A stretch of 64,000 bases of DNA. Source: Ferruginibacter sp. GTDB taxonomy: Bacteria > Bacteroidota > Bacteroidia > Chitinophagales > Chitinophagaceae. Shown one piece after another: positions 9,175 through 16,209 of the stretch. The translations under genes and the position numbers were made by a program. The notes under the pieces were generated by a model that was not told the origin of the DNA, ran no database searches, and saw nothing but the letters and a program-made list of their open reading frames with translations. The DNA is taken from NCBI GenBank assembly GCA_044220615.1, contig JBGAQR010000005.1:309974-373973 (forward strand). The letters are read 5' to 3'. Every line of letters starts with the position of its first letter. The first letter of the stretch is position 1.

Positions 9175-9640
9175 ACGTGAGTCGTGAATGGTGAGACGTG
9201 AGTTTAGTAAACAATCATTTTGCTAAGCATTTGAAAAGTTTTCAACATCAACGTTCCGGTTTCGGTTAATTCTTCTTTTTTAAGATATTCTAAATCAACT
9301 GCAATGTCAAAAATAGTGTCTATTTCAATTAATGAACCCCTGGATATTTCGTAAAATCTCCTTCTTTCAGCTACTGATTTTCTTGAACTTCCTTCAGCTA
9401 TATTTAACTGAACCGAAAGAGCCGCTCTTCTTAATTGTTGAACCATATTAAACCGCTCTTCATGTGGTAGTGATCTGGATATTTTGTAGCAGGCCAACAC
9501 AAAACTTTTGCCTGTTTTAAAAACATCCAGTTTGGTATGTGCCAGATCTAAAAACATAAAATTGAATTTCAATAATGAAGCAGAGAAATTTTATTTCTTA
9601 CGCTTGATCACTCACGATTGACGTTTCACGCCTCACGATT
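9175..9640. other. 466-bp inverted-repeat-bounded cassette carrying a four-helix-bundle ORF
   Basis: Arms are 9175-9203 (ACGTGAGTCGTGAATGGTGAGACGTGAGT) and 9610-9640 (ACTCACGATTGACGTTTCACGCCTCACGATT). Both are built from CGTGAG/CTCACG words, with roughly 22 of 29 positions complementary. The ORF fills the loop. Confidence 0.6.
9204..9557 (-). CDS. Four-helix-bundle protein (23S rRNA intervening-sequence protein family)
   Basis: Family motif QLRRAALSVQLNIAEGSSRKS...F..ISRGSL.E. ATG at 9557, with an alternative TTG at 9572. Confidence 0.8.
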   Translation of the reverse strand: MFLDLAHTKLDVFKTGKSFVLACYKISRSLPHEERFNMVQQLRRAALSVQLNIAEGSSRKSVAERRRFYEISRGSLIEIDTIFDIAVDLEYLKKEELTETGTLMLKTFQMLSKMIVY

Positions 9641-10074
9641 AGTTCGCAGGCTTCTTCAATGATGGTAAACACTTCATGGTATCCTTGCTCTGTTCCATAC
9701 CAGGGATCGGGCACATCACGGTCTTGCCCCGGGTAAACCTCGTTTAAAAACAAATCTACTTTAGTTGCGTCGAATTTATTGCGACTGATGCGTTTCATCT
9801 CTTCCAGCACATCGGTTGCCATGGCATAAATAAGATCGTATTGTTCAAAGTCGCCGGCAACAAAGCGCCTGCTTCGTTGCTGGCTGATATCAATGCCATT
9901 CTGCCTGGCCACTTTAATGCTTAAATGATGCGGCGGTTCGCCGGTATGGTACCCGTTGGTGCCGGCGCTTTCCACGGTCCAGTTCAACCCGGCCTTCCGG
10001 GCCTTATCCTGCAAAATACCTTCTGCCAACGGGCTGCGGCAGATATTGCCCAGGCAAACCATTAAAATTTTCAT
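9598..10074 (-). CDS. Low-molecular-weight protein tyrosine phosphatase
   Basis: P-loop CLGNICRSP and a DP motif (DVPDPWYG). Start set to MKILMVCLGN (10074). The last ~14 codons and the stop lie in the cassette arm. Confidence 0.88.
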   Translation of the reverse strand: MKILMVCLGNICRSPLAEGILQDKARKAGLNWTVESAGTNGYHTGEPPHHLSIKVARQNGIDISQQRSRRFVAGDFEQYDLIYAMATDVLEEMKRISRNKFDATKVDLFLNEVYPGQDRDVPDPWYGTEQGYHEVFTIIEEACELIVRRETSIVSDQA

Positions 10075-10087
10075 GGCGCAAAGATAA

Positions 10088-10190
10088 GCTGCAAGCCACA
10101 AGCTTCAAGGGGCAGTTTAATGAATAAGGTCTTCTTTATATTATGCTTGTCCCTTGTGGCTACTTTCCTTGAGTCTTCTTCCTTGTAGCT
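10088..10190. repeat. Word-level inverted repeat (GCAAGCCACAAGCTTCAAGG versus CCTTGTGGCT / CCTTGAG / CCTTGTAGCT) in a divergent promoter region
   Basis: The words CAAGCCACAAG/CTTGTGGCT and TTCAAGG/CCTTGA sit in opposite orientation around a ~33-nt AT-rich loop. Confidence 0.55.
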
Positions 10191-10252
10191 ATTCCCCGCT
10201 CTTTCTTTATGGAATCTCCATACTATCACATCTTACTACCGAACACGGCGCC

Positions 10253-10283
10253 GGTTTTGAATTTATTTTCTGACTTCAAAACC
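10253..10283 (+). promoter_or_regulatory. Perfect 9-bp inverted repeat GGTTTTGAA-N13-TTCAAAACC, ending 7 nt upstream of the tonB ATG
   Basis: Read directly: 10253-10261 and 10275-10283 are exact reverse complements. Confidence 0.5.
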
Positions 10284-10290
10284 CAACTAT

Positions 10291-11124
10291 ATGAACAGCA
10301 ACCTGATCTTGAAAAGCGATGTCCTTGACATTGTTTTCGAAAAAAGAAACAAAGCCTATGGAGCTTATGTGCTTCGTAAGTTTTACGGGAACCGGGTAAA
10401 AAAAGCCCTGGCCATTATGATATTAGCTGCCGGTGGATTTATGGCATTCACATTTATCCCTCAAAGCAAGAATAATGTTACAGGCCGTTTGTATGAAATT
10501 GCGGGGCCAGAGTTAGGCAAAACAGATCCTGTTAAACCGAAGGAGGAGCCTAAAAAACCGGAAACTCCAAAACCGCCGGTTAAACAACCATGGACTGCAG
10601 CCCCGGTTAACGCCGCTAATTTTACTACCAACATTAAAATTGTTGACCGTACCGTTAAAACAGATTCTATTCGGATGATAGATGACAGAACAATTATCAG
10701 CAATACCAATGTGGTGGTAAACGGAAGTCCTAATACACCTATACCCCCAACAACGCCCGATCCCGGAACAGGTAAACCAGAGCCGGTAAAGATTGACCCA
10801 TTGGTACCGCTAGGCCTGGGCGAAGTGGATGAACCCCCTTCTTTTCCCGGGGGAACAGAGGCGCTGCTGAGTTTTTTGCGCAAGCACCTGAATAATCCCG
10901 ATCAGATGGCGGAAGGAGAATCGGTAAGCGTGAAAGTTACTTTTGTGGTGGGGTACGAGGGTAAGCTGAAAGGCTTCAAGATCACCCAGGATGGAGGAGA
11001 TATATTTAATAAAGAGGTAATAAGGGTGTTGAAGAAAATGCCCGACTGGGTACCGGGTAAGGCAAAGGGCGAGAATGTATCGGTATATTATAGTATCCCG
11101 GTAAAGTTTACCGGCGCCGACTGA
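10291..11124 (+). CDS. tonB: Energy transducer TonB (paralog 1)
   Basis: Bacteroidota-type N-terminus DVLDIVFEKRNKAYGAYVLRK, one TM segment, a Pro/Lys-rich linker, and a C-terminal TonB domain (PPSFPGG...YYSIPVKF). Confidence 0.85.
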   Translation: MNSNLILKSDVLDIVFEKRNKAYGAYVLRKFYGNRVKKALAIMILAAGGFMAFTFIPQSKNNVTGRLYEIAGPELGKTDPVKPKEEPKKPETPKPPVKQPWTAAPVNAANFTTNIKIVDRTVKTDSIRMIDDRTIISNTNVVVNGSPNTPIPPTTPDPGTGKPEPVKIDPLVPLGLGEVDEPPSFPGGTEALLSFLRKHLNNPDQMAEGESVSVKVTFVVGYEGKLKGFKITQDGGDIFNKEVIRVLKKMPDWVPGKAKGENVSVYYSIPVKFTGAD

Positions 11125-11151
11125 TTAAAAAATTAATTTACTAATTTCACA

Positions 11152-11170
11152 GCCCCGCCAATGGCGGGGC
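11152..11170 (+). repeat. GC hairpin GCCCCGCC-AAT-GGCGGGGC (CCGCC/GGCGG family)
   Basis: 8-bp perfect stem, 13 nt upstream of the next ATG (11184). No T-tract follows. Confidence 0.7.
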
Positions 11171-11183
11171 ATAATCATAAAGT

Positions 11184-11441
11184 ATGGCGCTGGAAGAATT
11201 TGAAAAAGAACAACTGAGCGAAAGGGATAAACGATATATCCGCATGAAGAGCATCATGGATATTGGCATGGGCATTTTATGGGCCGGTATGGGCGTTTTT
11301 CTCCTGTTCATTAAAAAATTCAACCCCGACCTGGCGCTTCAATACGATGAAAACATCCTCATGATCTTTGGTGCTGTTTGTGTTTTATACGGCCTGTTCA
11401 GAATTTACCGGGGCATCCGAAAAAACTATTTAAGGCATTGA
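11184..11441 (+). CDS. Small 2-TM membrane protein (85 aa), hypothetical
   Basis: Two hydrophobic helices (GMGILWAGMGVFLLFI and ILMIFGAVCVLYGLF). Its TGA stop overlaps the next gene's ATG by 1 nt. Confidence 0.5.
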   Translation: MALEEFEKEQLSERDKRYIRMKSIMDIGMGILWAGMGVFLLFIKKFNPDLALQYDENILMIFGAVCVLYGLFRIYRGIRKNYLRH

Positions 11442-12382
11442 TGAATAAAGATATTTTGCGGCATTGGAAGAGAGTTGGTTTTGGCTTCTTGATAACCTGG
11501 TTTTGTTTATCGGCATGTAACCAGACAGAAAAAGATCCGCTGTACTCACTGAAAAACGGTACCATCCACATCAGCGTGGATGAATCTTTCAAACCGGTTA
11601 TCGAAGAGCAGATAAAGGTTTTTGAAAGATCATTTCCCGGAGCAAAGATCATTGCCGAGTATAAAACAGAAGCAAACTGCTTTAAGGATTTCTTTTCAGA
11701 TACGGCCAATCGCATGATCATTGTTACCCGGGGGCTTACTGTTGAAGAAGATAAGTTTTACAAAGACAGCCTCAACTACTCTCCACGCTGGAGCACAGTT
11801 GCCTACGATGCCATCACCATTATTGTAAACAGTAAAAGCAGCGATACCCTGTTTACGCCTGAACGGTTAAAGCAACAGCTTTCGGGCAAGGGGAACAGGA
11901 ACCAGAAAATGATCTTCGACGGATTAAATGCAACCAGCACCGTTCGGTTTGTTATGGATAGTATCCTTAAAGGAGCAACATTTGATACCAGCGTGGTGAA
12001 GGCGGTAAAAAACAGTCAGGATGTAATTAACTACGTTGCAGCCAATGAAGATGCTATTGGTTTTGTAGGCGTAAGCTGGATCGGCAACCCGGAAGATACA
12101 GCCCAGGTGAATATGTTAAACAAAGTAAAAATAGCCTACGTTTCCTGCGACCTTTGTGTTGACTCGCCTTATGTAAAACCGCTGCAGGCAAGCATCTTAA
12201 CAAGGAGGTACCCTTTGGTACGTGGTTTGTATTACATCGTGAAAGAAGGTTATGGCGGGCTTGGTACGGGCTTTTCAAATTTTATGAGAAACGAAAGGGG
12301 CCAGTTGATTTTTAAAAGAGCGTACCTGGGTACGATAATGGACTTTGAAGTGAGGAATGTGAAGATGACAAAAAAATTATAG
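11441..12382 (+). CDS. PstS-like (PBP superfamily) periplasmic substrate-binding lipoprotein
   Basis: Start set to MNKDILRHWKRVGFGFLITWFCLSACNQ (lipobox). The overall pattern resembles the PstS-family binding proteins found next to Bacteroidota tonB clusters. Confidence 0.65.
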   Translation: MNKDILRHWKRVGFGFLITWFCLSACNQTEKDPLYSLKNGTIHISVDESFKPVIEEQIKVFERSFPGAKIIAEYKTEANCFKDFFSDTANRMIIVTRGLTVEEDKFYKDSLNYSPRWSTVAYDAITIIVNSKSSDTLFTPERLKQQLSGKGNRNQKMIFDGLNATSTVRFVMDSILKGATFDTSVVKAVKNSQDVINYVAANEDAIGFVGVSWIGNPEDTAQVNMLNKVKIAYVSCDLCVDSPYVKPLQASILTRRYPLVRGLYYIVKEGYGGLGTGFSNFMRNERGQLIFKRAYLGTIMDFEVRNVKMTKKL

Positions 12383-12456
12383 AAAGTTTATTAGTAAATA
12401 ACGGCGGGATGTTTTGGAAAATTAATATTATTGTAAAGACTTAAACAGCAAATGAA

Positions 12457-14355
12457 ATGAAGAAGTTAAAATTTACACTGATCCTGTTAAGCAGCCTGAT
12501 AGCTGTGAACATGGTTAATGCACAAAGCATTGACGATGGAAAGAAATTTTTGTACTACGATAAATACATCAGTGCAAAGAATGTGTTCCAGGGATTAGTG
12601 AATGCCAACCCGGCCAATGAAGAAGCGGCTTACTGGCTTGGACAAACATTAATAGCTCCCGATGAAGATAAAGATATTGCCGGCGCCCGCTCGGTATATG
12701 CAAAGGGCCTGGCAGCAAATCCAAACAGTGCATTGCTGAATGCAGGGATGGGGCATATAGAACTGCTGGAAGGAAAGACACAGGAGGCACGCAACCATTT
12801 TGAAACGGCCATCAGCCTGAGCAAAGGCAAAAGCATTGATGTGCTGGATGCGGTTGGTTTTGCAAACGGTGATTTTGATTCCAAACTCGGGGATGCAGCT
12901 TATGCGGTGGAAAAACTGCAGCAGGCTACTAATATTAAAGGCTTTAAAGATCCAAGGGTGCTCACCGACCTGGGCGATGCATACCGCAAAGCAGGCGATG
13001 GCGGTACTGCCCAGCGTACGTATGAAGCTGCATTGGCAATAGACCCCAGGTATGCAAGGGCAAAATACCGCATTGGCAGGATCTACCAGTCGCAGGGTGA
13101 AACACAACGGGATATCTTTTTAAGGTATTACGAAGAAGCGATAGCGCTTGACCCGAATTATACAACCGTATATTGGAAACTGCACCAGTATTTTTATGAA
13201 ACAGATGTTGTTAAATCTGCCATGTACCTGAACAAATACCTGACGGCAAAAGGTTCAGATGAAACCAATGCCTGTTTCCTTCAGGCACAGATGAAATATG
13301 CACAGGGTTTGTTTGCAGAAACTATTTCGGCAGCAAACGCTTGTGTAGCCGCTACTCCTAATCCATATCCAAACCTGTATGGATTGATAGCTTATTCAGC
13401 ATACAAACTGAACGATTCTGTTGGCGCAAAGAATGCATTTGAACAGTATTTCAAAAATCAAAAACCTGAAAAGATTGGTGTTCGTGACCGGTTTACTTAT
13501 GGCGAAATATTGCTTAAATTCCCTGGCAGCGAGGCATTGGCCGGAAGTTTTATTCAACAGGCAGTTGACCAGGACAGTACCGAAGCAGGTAAAGTGGCGT
13601 TATTAAAGTCAGTGGCTTCCACCTATGAAAAAAGAGGGCAGTATGCCGAAGCCGGGGAGTGGTATAAAAAAGTGCTGGGCATTAAAAAAACGCCCACCAA
13701 AACAGAGATATATAATGCCGGGTATAGCTTCTTCCGTATTGGTAAGTTTGCACAAGCCAGCGAGGTATTCGATATCTACACCCAAAAATATCCCGATGAT
13801 ATCTTCGGATATTATATGATGGGTAAGTCTTACTGGGGTATTGATACCGTAATGGCTTATGGTCTTGCCAATAATGCATTTGCAAAAGCCATCGCAGTAG
13901 GTGAGGCAGCTCCCGATAAATCAAAGATCGCCGCACAGTTGCTGGGTAGTTATAAATACATGATCGCTTACTCGGCGAATATTGAAAAGAATAAAGACCT
14001 GGCTTTAAGCTTTGCCGATAAGGCACTATTGGTGGACGCTGCTGACGCAGAAGTGTTGGCCAATAAGGATGTGATCTCTAAAATAACGTTCAAGCCCAAT
14101 ACAAAACCGGCAACAAAGTCCGATAAAGTGTCTATTGCACCAGATGGTACTATTACTTCGGTAGGCAACGACGGATCAACTACGGTTATACAGGGTGGTA
14201 AAGTAACCACCGTAAAAGACGGTATTACCACCATTGTTGAGAATGGTAAAGTAACCATGATCGGTAAGGACGGTAAAGTGATCAATCAAACACCCACGCC
14301 TCCGGGTAAACCAGCACCGCCAAAGACCGGCGGCACCGCTCCAAAAAAAAAGTAA
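12457..14355 (+). CDS. Secreted tetratricopeptide-repeat protein with a Gly/Thr/Val-repeat and Pro/Lys-rich tail
   Basis: 632 aa. Signal peptide MKKLKFTLILLSSLIAVNMVNAQ. Multiple TPR-like A..Y...G / A...Y..AL..DP units. C-terminus contains GKVTTVKDG...GKVTMIGKDGKV. Confidence 0.75.
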   Translation: MKKLKFTLILLSSLIAVNMVNAQSIDDGKKFLYYDKYISAKNVFQGLVNANPANEEAAYWLGQTLIAPDEDKDIAGARSVYAKGLAANPNSALLNAGMGHIELLEGKTQEARNHFETAISLSKGKSIDVLDAVGFANGDFDSKLGDAAYAVEKLQQATNIKGFKDPRVLTDLGDAYRKAGDGGTAQRTYEAALAIDPRYARAKYRIGRIYQSQGETQRDIFLRYYEEAIALDPNYTTVYWKLHQYFYETDVVKSAMYLNKYLTAKGSDETNACFLQAQMKYAQGLFAETISAANACVAATPNPYPNLYGLIAYSAYKLNDSVGAKNAFEQYFKNQKPEKIGVRDRFTYGEILLKFPGSEALAGSFIQQAVDQDSTEAGKVALLKSVASTYEKRGQYAEAGEWYKKVLGIKKTPTKTEIYNAGYSFFRIGKFAQASEVFDIYTQKYPDDIFGYYMMGKSYWGIDTVMAYGLANNAFAKAIAVGEAAPDKSKIAAQLLGSYKYMIAYSANIEKNKDLALSFADKALLVDAADAEVLANKDVISKITFKPNTKPATKSDKVSIAPDGTITSVGNDGSTTVIQGGKVTTVKDGITTIVENGKVTMIGKDGKVINQTPTPPGKPAPPKTGGTAPKKK

Positions 14356-14375
14356 AAAAGAAAGGTAAATAAGTG

Positions 14376-14412
14376 ATCCCCGTTATTGATTCAGTAACGG
14401 GGATTTATTTTT
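14376..14412 (+). terminator. Rho-independent terminator after the TPR gene
   Basis: 10-bp stem ATCCCCGTTA / TAACGGGGAT with a 9-nt loop, followed by TTATTTTT. Confidence 0.75.
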
Positions 14413-14441
14413 CAATCTATTGAATATTGCTTCTGCTGCCT

Positions 14442-14449
14442 TATTTTTG
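14442..14449 (+). promoter_or_regulatory. Candidate Bacteroidota -7 box (TATTTTTG, consensus TAnnTTTG) for the nuo operon
   Basis: Exact match to TAnnTTTG, 25 nt upstream of the nuoA ATG. An ATTG lies about 20 nt further upstream. Confidence 0.4.
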
Positions 14450-14473
14450 CCGGTAATCAGAATAATTAATCCA

Positions 14474-14869
14474 ATGCGTTTTTTTCTGTTACAGGCTACC
14501 GATGTTAACAATGCGGCAAATTACCTGCCCATTGCTCTCCAACTGATTTTTGCCATTGGATTAATAGCTACCATCATTATCGGATCAGATTATTTAGGCC
14601 CCAAAAGAAAAACATCCGATAAACTCCAGAATTTTGAAAGCGGTATAGAGATAAAAGGCAATGCCCGCCAGCCAATGGCCATTAAGTATTTCCTGGTTGC
14701 CATATTGTTTGTGTTGTTTGATGTGGAAGTGATCTTCTTTTATCCCTATGCGGTTAATTTCCGGGAACTGGGATGGAGCGGATTTGCTGCCGTAGTGGTA
14801 TTTGTGGCATTGTTTATAACAGGCTTAGTGTATATTTTTAAGAAAGGCGCCCTTAAGTGGGAAGAATAG
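14474..14869 (+). CDS. nuoA: NADH-quinone oxidoreductase subunit A
   Basis: 3-TM protein of ~130 aa (FDVEVIFFYPY motif), first gene of the nuo cluster. Start trimmed to the ATG at 14474. Confidence 0.85.
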   Translation: MRFFLLQATDVNNAANYLPIALQLIFAIGLIATIIIGSDYLGPKRKTSDKLQNFESGIEIKGNARQPMAIKYFLVAILFVLFDVEVIFFYPYAVNFRELGWSGFAAVVVFVALFITGLVYIFKKGALKWEE

Positions 14870-14885
14870 AATCTGGTAATTAACC

Positions 14886-14965
14886 GATTTGAAAATTTGA
14901 AGATGATAAGAGACCTTGAATTCAGCAGGTATTAGATCATCACCAAATTACCAAATCATCAAATC
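14886..14965. repeat. Hairpin element in the nuoA-nuoB spacer (GATTTGAA / TTCAAATC word family)
   Basis: Left arm GATTTGAAAATTTGAAGATGAT (14886-14907) against ATCATCACCAAATTACCAAATC (14936-14957), 18 of 22 positions complementary. Flanked by GTAATTAA direct repeats. Confidence 0.75.
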
Positions 14966-14976
14966 AAGTAATTAAG

Positions 14977-15540
14977 ATGTCTCGTCCGGTACAATATAAC
15001 AACCACATCAAATTCGAAGGGATCCCCGAAGGATATATGGGCGAAGGGTTCATGGCAACCAATCTCGAAAAAGTGGTGAGCCTTGCCCGTAAAAATTCCA
15101 TCTGGCCCTTACCCTTTGCTACCAGTTGCTGTGGTATTGAGTTTATGGCTACAGCCGCCAGTCATTACGACCTGGCCAGGTTTGGCGCCGAGCGTATGAG
15201 CTTCTCTCCACGCCAGTGCGACCTTATATTGGTGATGGGAACCATTGCAAAAAAAATGGGCCCTGTGTTGCGGCAGGTTTACCTGCAAATGGCCGAACCC
15301 CGTTGGGTGATGGCTGTAGGCGCTTGTGCCTCATCTGGCGGCATATTTGATACCTACTCTGTTTTGCAGGGAATTGACCAGGTGATACCGGTAGATGTGT
15401 ATGTGCCCGGTTGCCCACCCAGACCCGAAGCAATACTGGATGGGTTCATCAAAATACAGGAACTGGTAAATACAGAAGGATTGAGAAGAAGACATAGTGA
15501 CCAGTATAAAGAGTTACTGGCAGGATATGGGATTCAATAA
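14977..15540 (+). CDS. nuoB: NADH-quinone oxidoreductase subunit B
   Basis: N2-cluster cysteines [14 protein letters not shown] and CPPRPE. Confidence 0.92.
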   Translation: MSRPVQYNNHIKFEGIPEGYMGEGFMATNLEKVVSLARKNSIWPLPFATSCCGIEFMATAASHYDLARFGAERMSFSPRQCDLILVMGTIAKKMGPVLRQVYLQMAEPRWVMAVGACASSGGIFDTYSVLQGIDQVIPVDVYVPGCPPRPEAILDGFIKIQELVNTEGLRRRHSDQYKELLAGYGIQ

Positions 15541-15550
15541 ACTCCCTCCG

Positions 15551-15618
15551 CCCCCTAAAGGGGGAACTGGGGGTAAAATACTTTAATGAAATTAAAAGAT
15601 GCAAAGCCCCTTTAGGGG
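15551..15618. repeat. Two CCCCT(AA/TT)AGGGG palindromes in the nuoB-nuoC spacer
   Basis: CCCCCTAAAGGGGG at 15551-15564 and CCCCTTTAGGGG at 15607-15618. Each is followed by a TGGGG word. Confidence 0.7.
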
Positions 15619-15627
15619 TTTGGGGTT

Positions 15628-16125
15628 ATGACCAACGAAACGATACAACTAAAACTAACAGAAAAATTCGGCGACCAGCTAACCAATTGGCAGGAACCTT
15701 ATGGTATGCTCACTTTTACGGCGCCAAAAGATCTTAATTTAAAAGTACTCCAGTTTTTATTTGATGATGCGGAATTAAAGTTTCAGTTTCTTACTGACCT
15801 GCAGGCCGTTCATTATCCCGACCGTAAAGGAGAAGAACTGGCTGTTGTGTATCACCTGCATAATTTAAAAGACAATGTACGGATACGTTTTAAAGTATTC
15901 ACCGCAATAGAAAAGCCGGATGTGTTCAGTGCAACAGCCCTGTACCAGTCGGCCAATGTAATGGAAAGAGAAACCTATGATTTTTATGGGGTGAATTTTA
16001 TTGGCCATCCCAACCTGAAACGTATATTGAATGTAGACGAGATGGATTATTTCCCCATGCGGAAACAATACCCGGTAGAAGACCAGTTGCGGATAGATAA
16101 GGATGATGAGATGTTTGGAAGATGA
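15628..16125 (+). CDS. nuoC: NADH-quinone oxidoreductase subunit C
   Basis: 165 aa of the 30-kDa subunit family (ERETYDFYGV...GHP). Position between nuoB and nuoD. Confidence 0.88.
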   Translation: MTNETIQLKLTEKFGDQLTNWQEPYGMLTFTAPKDLNLKVLQFLFDDAELKFQFLTDLQAVHYPDRKGEELAVVYHLHNLKDNVRIRFKVFTAIEKPDVFSATALYQSANVMERETYDFYGVNFIGHPNLKRILNVDEMDYFPMRKQYPVEDQLRIDKDDEMFGR

Positions 16126-16128
16126 GTT

Positions 16129-16204
16129 GATTTGAAGATTTGGAAATTTGAAGATGTGCTGAAGCCATTACCAAATCACCAAATCATCAAATTTTCAAAT
16201 TGAT
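16129..16204. repeat. Hairpin element in the nuoC-nuoD spacer, same word family as the nuoA-nuoB element
   Basis: Shares the exact 13-mer AAATTTGAAGATG (16144-16156 and 14893-14905) and the exact 15-mer ACCAAATCATCAAAT (16178-16192 and 14950-14964) with the nuoA-nuoB spacer. Confidence 0.8.
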
Positions 16205-16209
16205 TATTT

